Assembly (NCBI RefSeq): GCF_001194135.2
Contig: NC_068981.1
Span: 28,988,486-29,052,485, forward strand
Reading direction: 5' to 3'
DNA from: Octopus bimaculoides
Taxonomy: Eukaryota
Length of the DNA: 64,000 nucleotides
The notes below the pieces were generated by a model that saw only the letters and a program-made list of their open reading frames with translations, did not search any database and was not told the DNA's origin. Of this stretch, positions 62,340-64,000 are shown one piece after another (position 1 is the first letter of the stretch; each line of letters opens with the position of its first letter). Both the position numbers and the translations under genes were made by a program.

Positions 62340-63560
62340 TTTCTCCTCCGGCAGCGTCACTTCCACCAACACCACCACCACCACCACCACTAACAATACG
62401 GACATCCTCTTCAGACCTTAACTGCTTCATCAACATATTATCTCCCCACTTCTCTTCCGAACACATACAAGCACTTACCACCGTCACCATGGTCACCACC
62501 CCTTCCTTCCCACCTACCTAGCAGCTATCTCTACCCCCCCACTCGGCTCCATCCCTTTCTCTTTCTTACAAACACTTATCTTTTCTTTTTTTCCTCTCCT
62601 TTTTCCTCCATTTGAAACCCTCACCGCTCTGCATCCCCTACCCCCATCTAGCGACACCTTTATCCAACTTATCAAAGTCACACCTCCTCCTTCCACATCT
62701 TCCACCAACCGCCACCACCACTGCCGCTGCCGCCGCCCCGCTCTGACACCACTCACTACGAATCCCACCCTTTATTCTTCCGTCACATCACCTCCTGACA
62801 CCCTCCAACTGTATACACCCCACAGTCCGACAAGTTCACAACTGTCATCTTCTAACTAACCCTTAAACCCCAACCCACCACGCCCACCTGCACCTGCACC
62901 CGCACCTCTCTCTCCCTTCTCACAGCACCCTCATCACGATCTCCCTTGCTGTTGCCCCCTTTTCCTTGCTTTTGTAACTCCCCCACCCACCAATACATAC
63001 ACACCCACACAATAACAACACTATTTTCTTTAACAACGCCACCGCCGCCCCCACCGCTAGCTAATCTACCTCTATAACATACCACAACCAGCGCCATTAT
63101 CATCACTAGCGTCATCGCCAGCACTATCAACGGTATCACTATCATCACCATCACCACCGCCAGCTCAATCCGAACTACCATCACCACCAACGCCATCTTT
63201 ATCATATACTGTAGACCCCCACCGCCAGCATCATCACAAATCATGAACCAACAACACCACCACTACCAATAAAATTTCATTAACACAAATGCTAGCCTGT
63301 TATTACCTCTCCGATAGTAAATGTTGTAGTAAAACGCAATCACACTATCATAACCTGCCTCATACTTATGACACTGCACCTACAACCACAACCAATATCT
63401 TTATCACTGTCATAACTGGCCTCACAACTATAGTTACCACGACTACAACCATGGACATTTAATATTATCACTATCATAACCCACCTTATAATTACTGCTA
63501 CGTCATCTACAAGCACAGTATTTGTGGCTGTCATAACCAACCTCATAATTATTGCTTTAT
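62340..63560. repeat. Decayed C/A-rich low-complexity region (ACC/CAT/CA derived)
   Basis: Strong C-over-G skew on the + strand; no recognisable protein in any frame. Confidence 0.7.
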
Positions 63561-63943
63561 ATGACAATTGTTTGGATAGAAATTGTGCAGAAGCTCGTCA
63601 CACACATATGTGTGTGTATGTGTGCGCTTGTGTCTATGTGAAAGCCACGCACATGGCGTTTGTCTATTTTTCGTGGTCTGACAACCCCTGTTGGTGTGTC
63701 TACGTCTCTGTAACTTAGCTATTCAGCAAATAGATTAAGTTAGAATATGTTCTATGTTTAAAAATAAGAAAATACTACTGAAGTTGATTTAATCGTCTCA
63801 GCCACAATATTAAAACCAACAAGAGAATATGGAGATCACACGCGCATGCACACAATCACTTAAACAAATGTACACATGCATGCAATTTTAATTCATATAT
63901 ATACATATATATACGTATATATGTATGTTCGTATGAATGTATG

Positions 63944-64000
<57 letters not shown>

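Overview
AT-rich eukaryotic DNA from a fragmented short-read-type assembly: many N gaps, nearly all next to (TA)n, (CA)n, (GA)n or (TAA)n tracts. The repeat families look like those of an octopus/coleoid cephalopod; this is recognition from memory, not a database result. No complete protein-coding gene is visible, and most ORFs in the supplied track are microsatellite or N-gap artefacts. The window reads as intronic or intergenic DNA packed with three main tRNA-headed SINE families (called A, B, C here), decayed LINEs (CR1/L2 group; R4/Dong-type with restriction-like endonuclease), mariner, Tc2/pogo and hAT DNA-transposon derivatives, several MITE/foldback elements, a 155-bp solo-LTR-like insertion and Penelope-like ends. 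A possible + strand host gene is suggested only by splice signals: a candidate exon at 26638-26773/26777, 9- and 18-nt microexon candidates, and a candidate terminal exon from 43943. The most notable observations are: (1) two copies of a minimal type-I hammerhead-ribozyme-like motif with a non-canonical core (CUGUNGA) inside Penelope-like repeats; (2) a ~550-bp non-coding, non-tRNA retroposon embedded in (TAA)n beside R4/Dong remnants; (3) the microexon candidates, one with a young SINE inserted at intron position +7.
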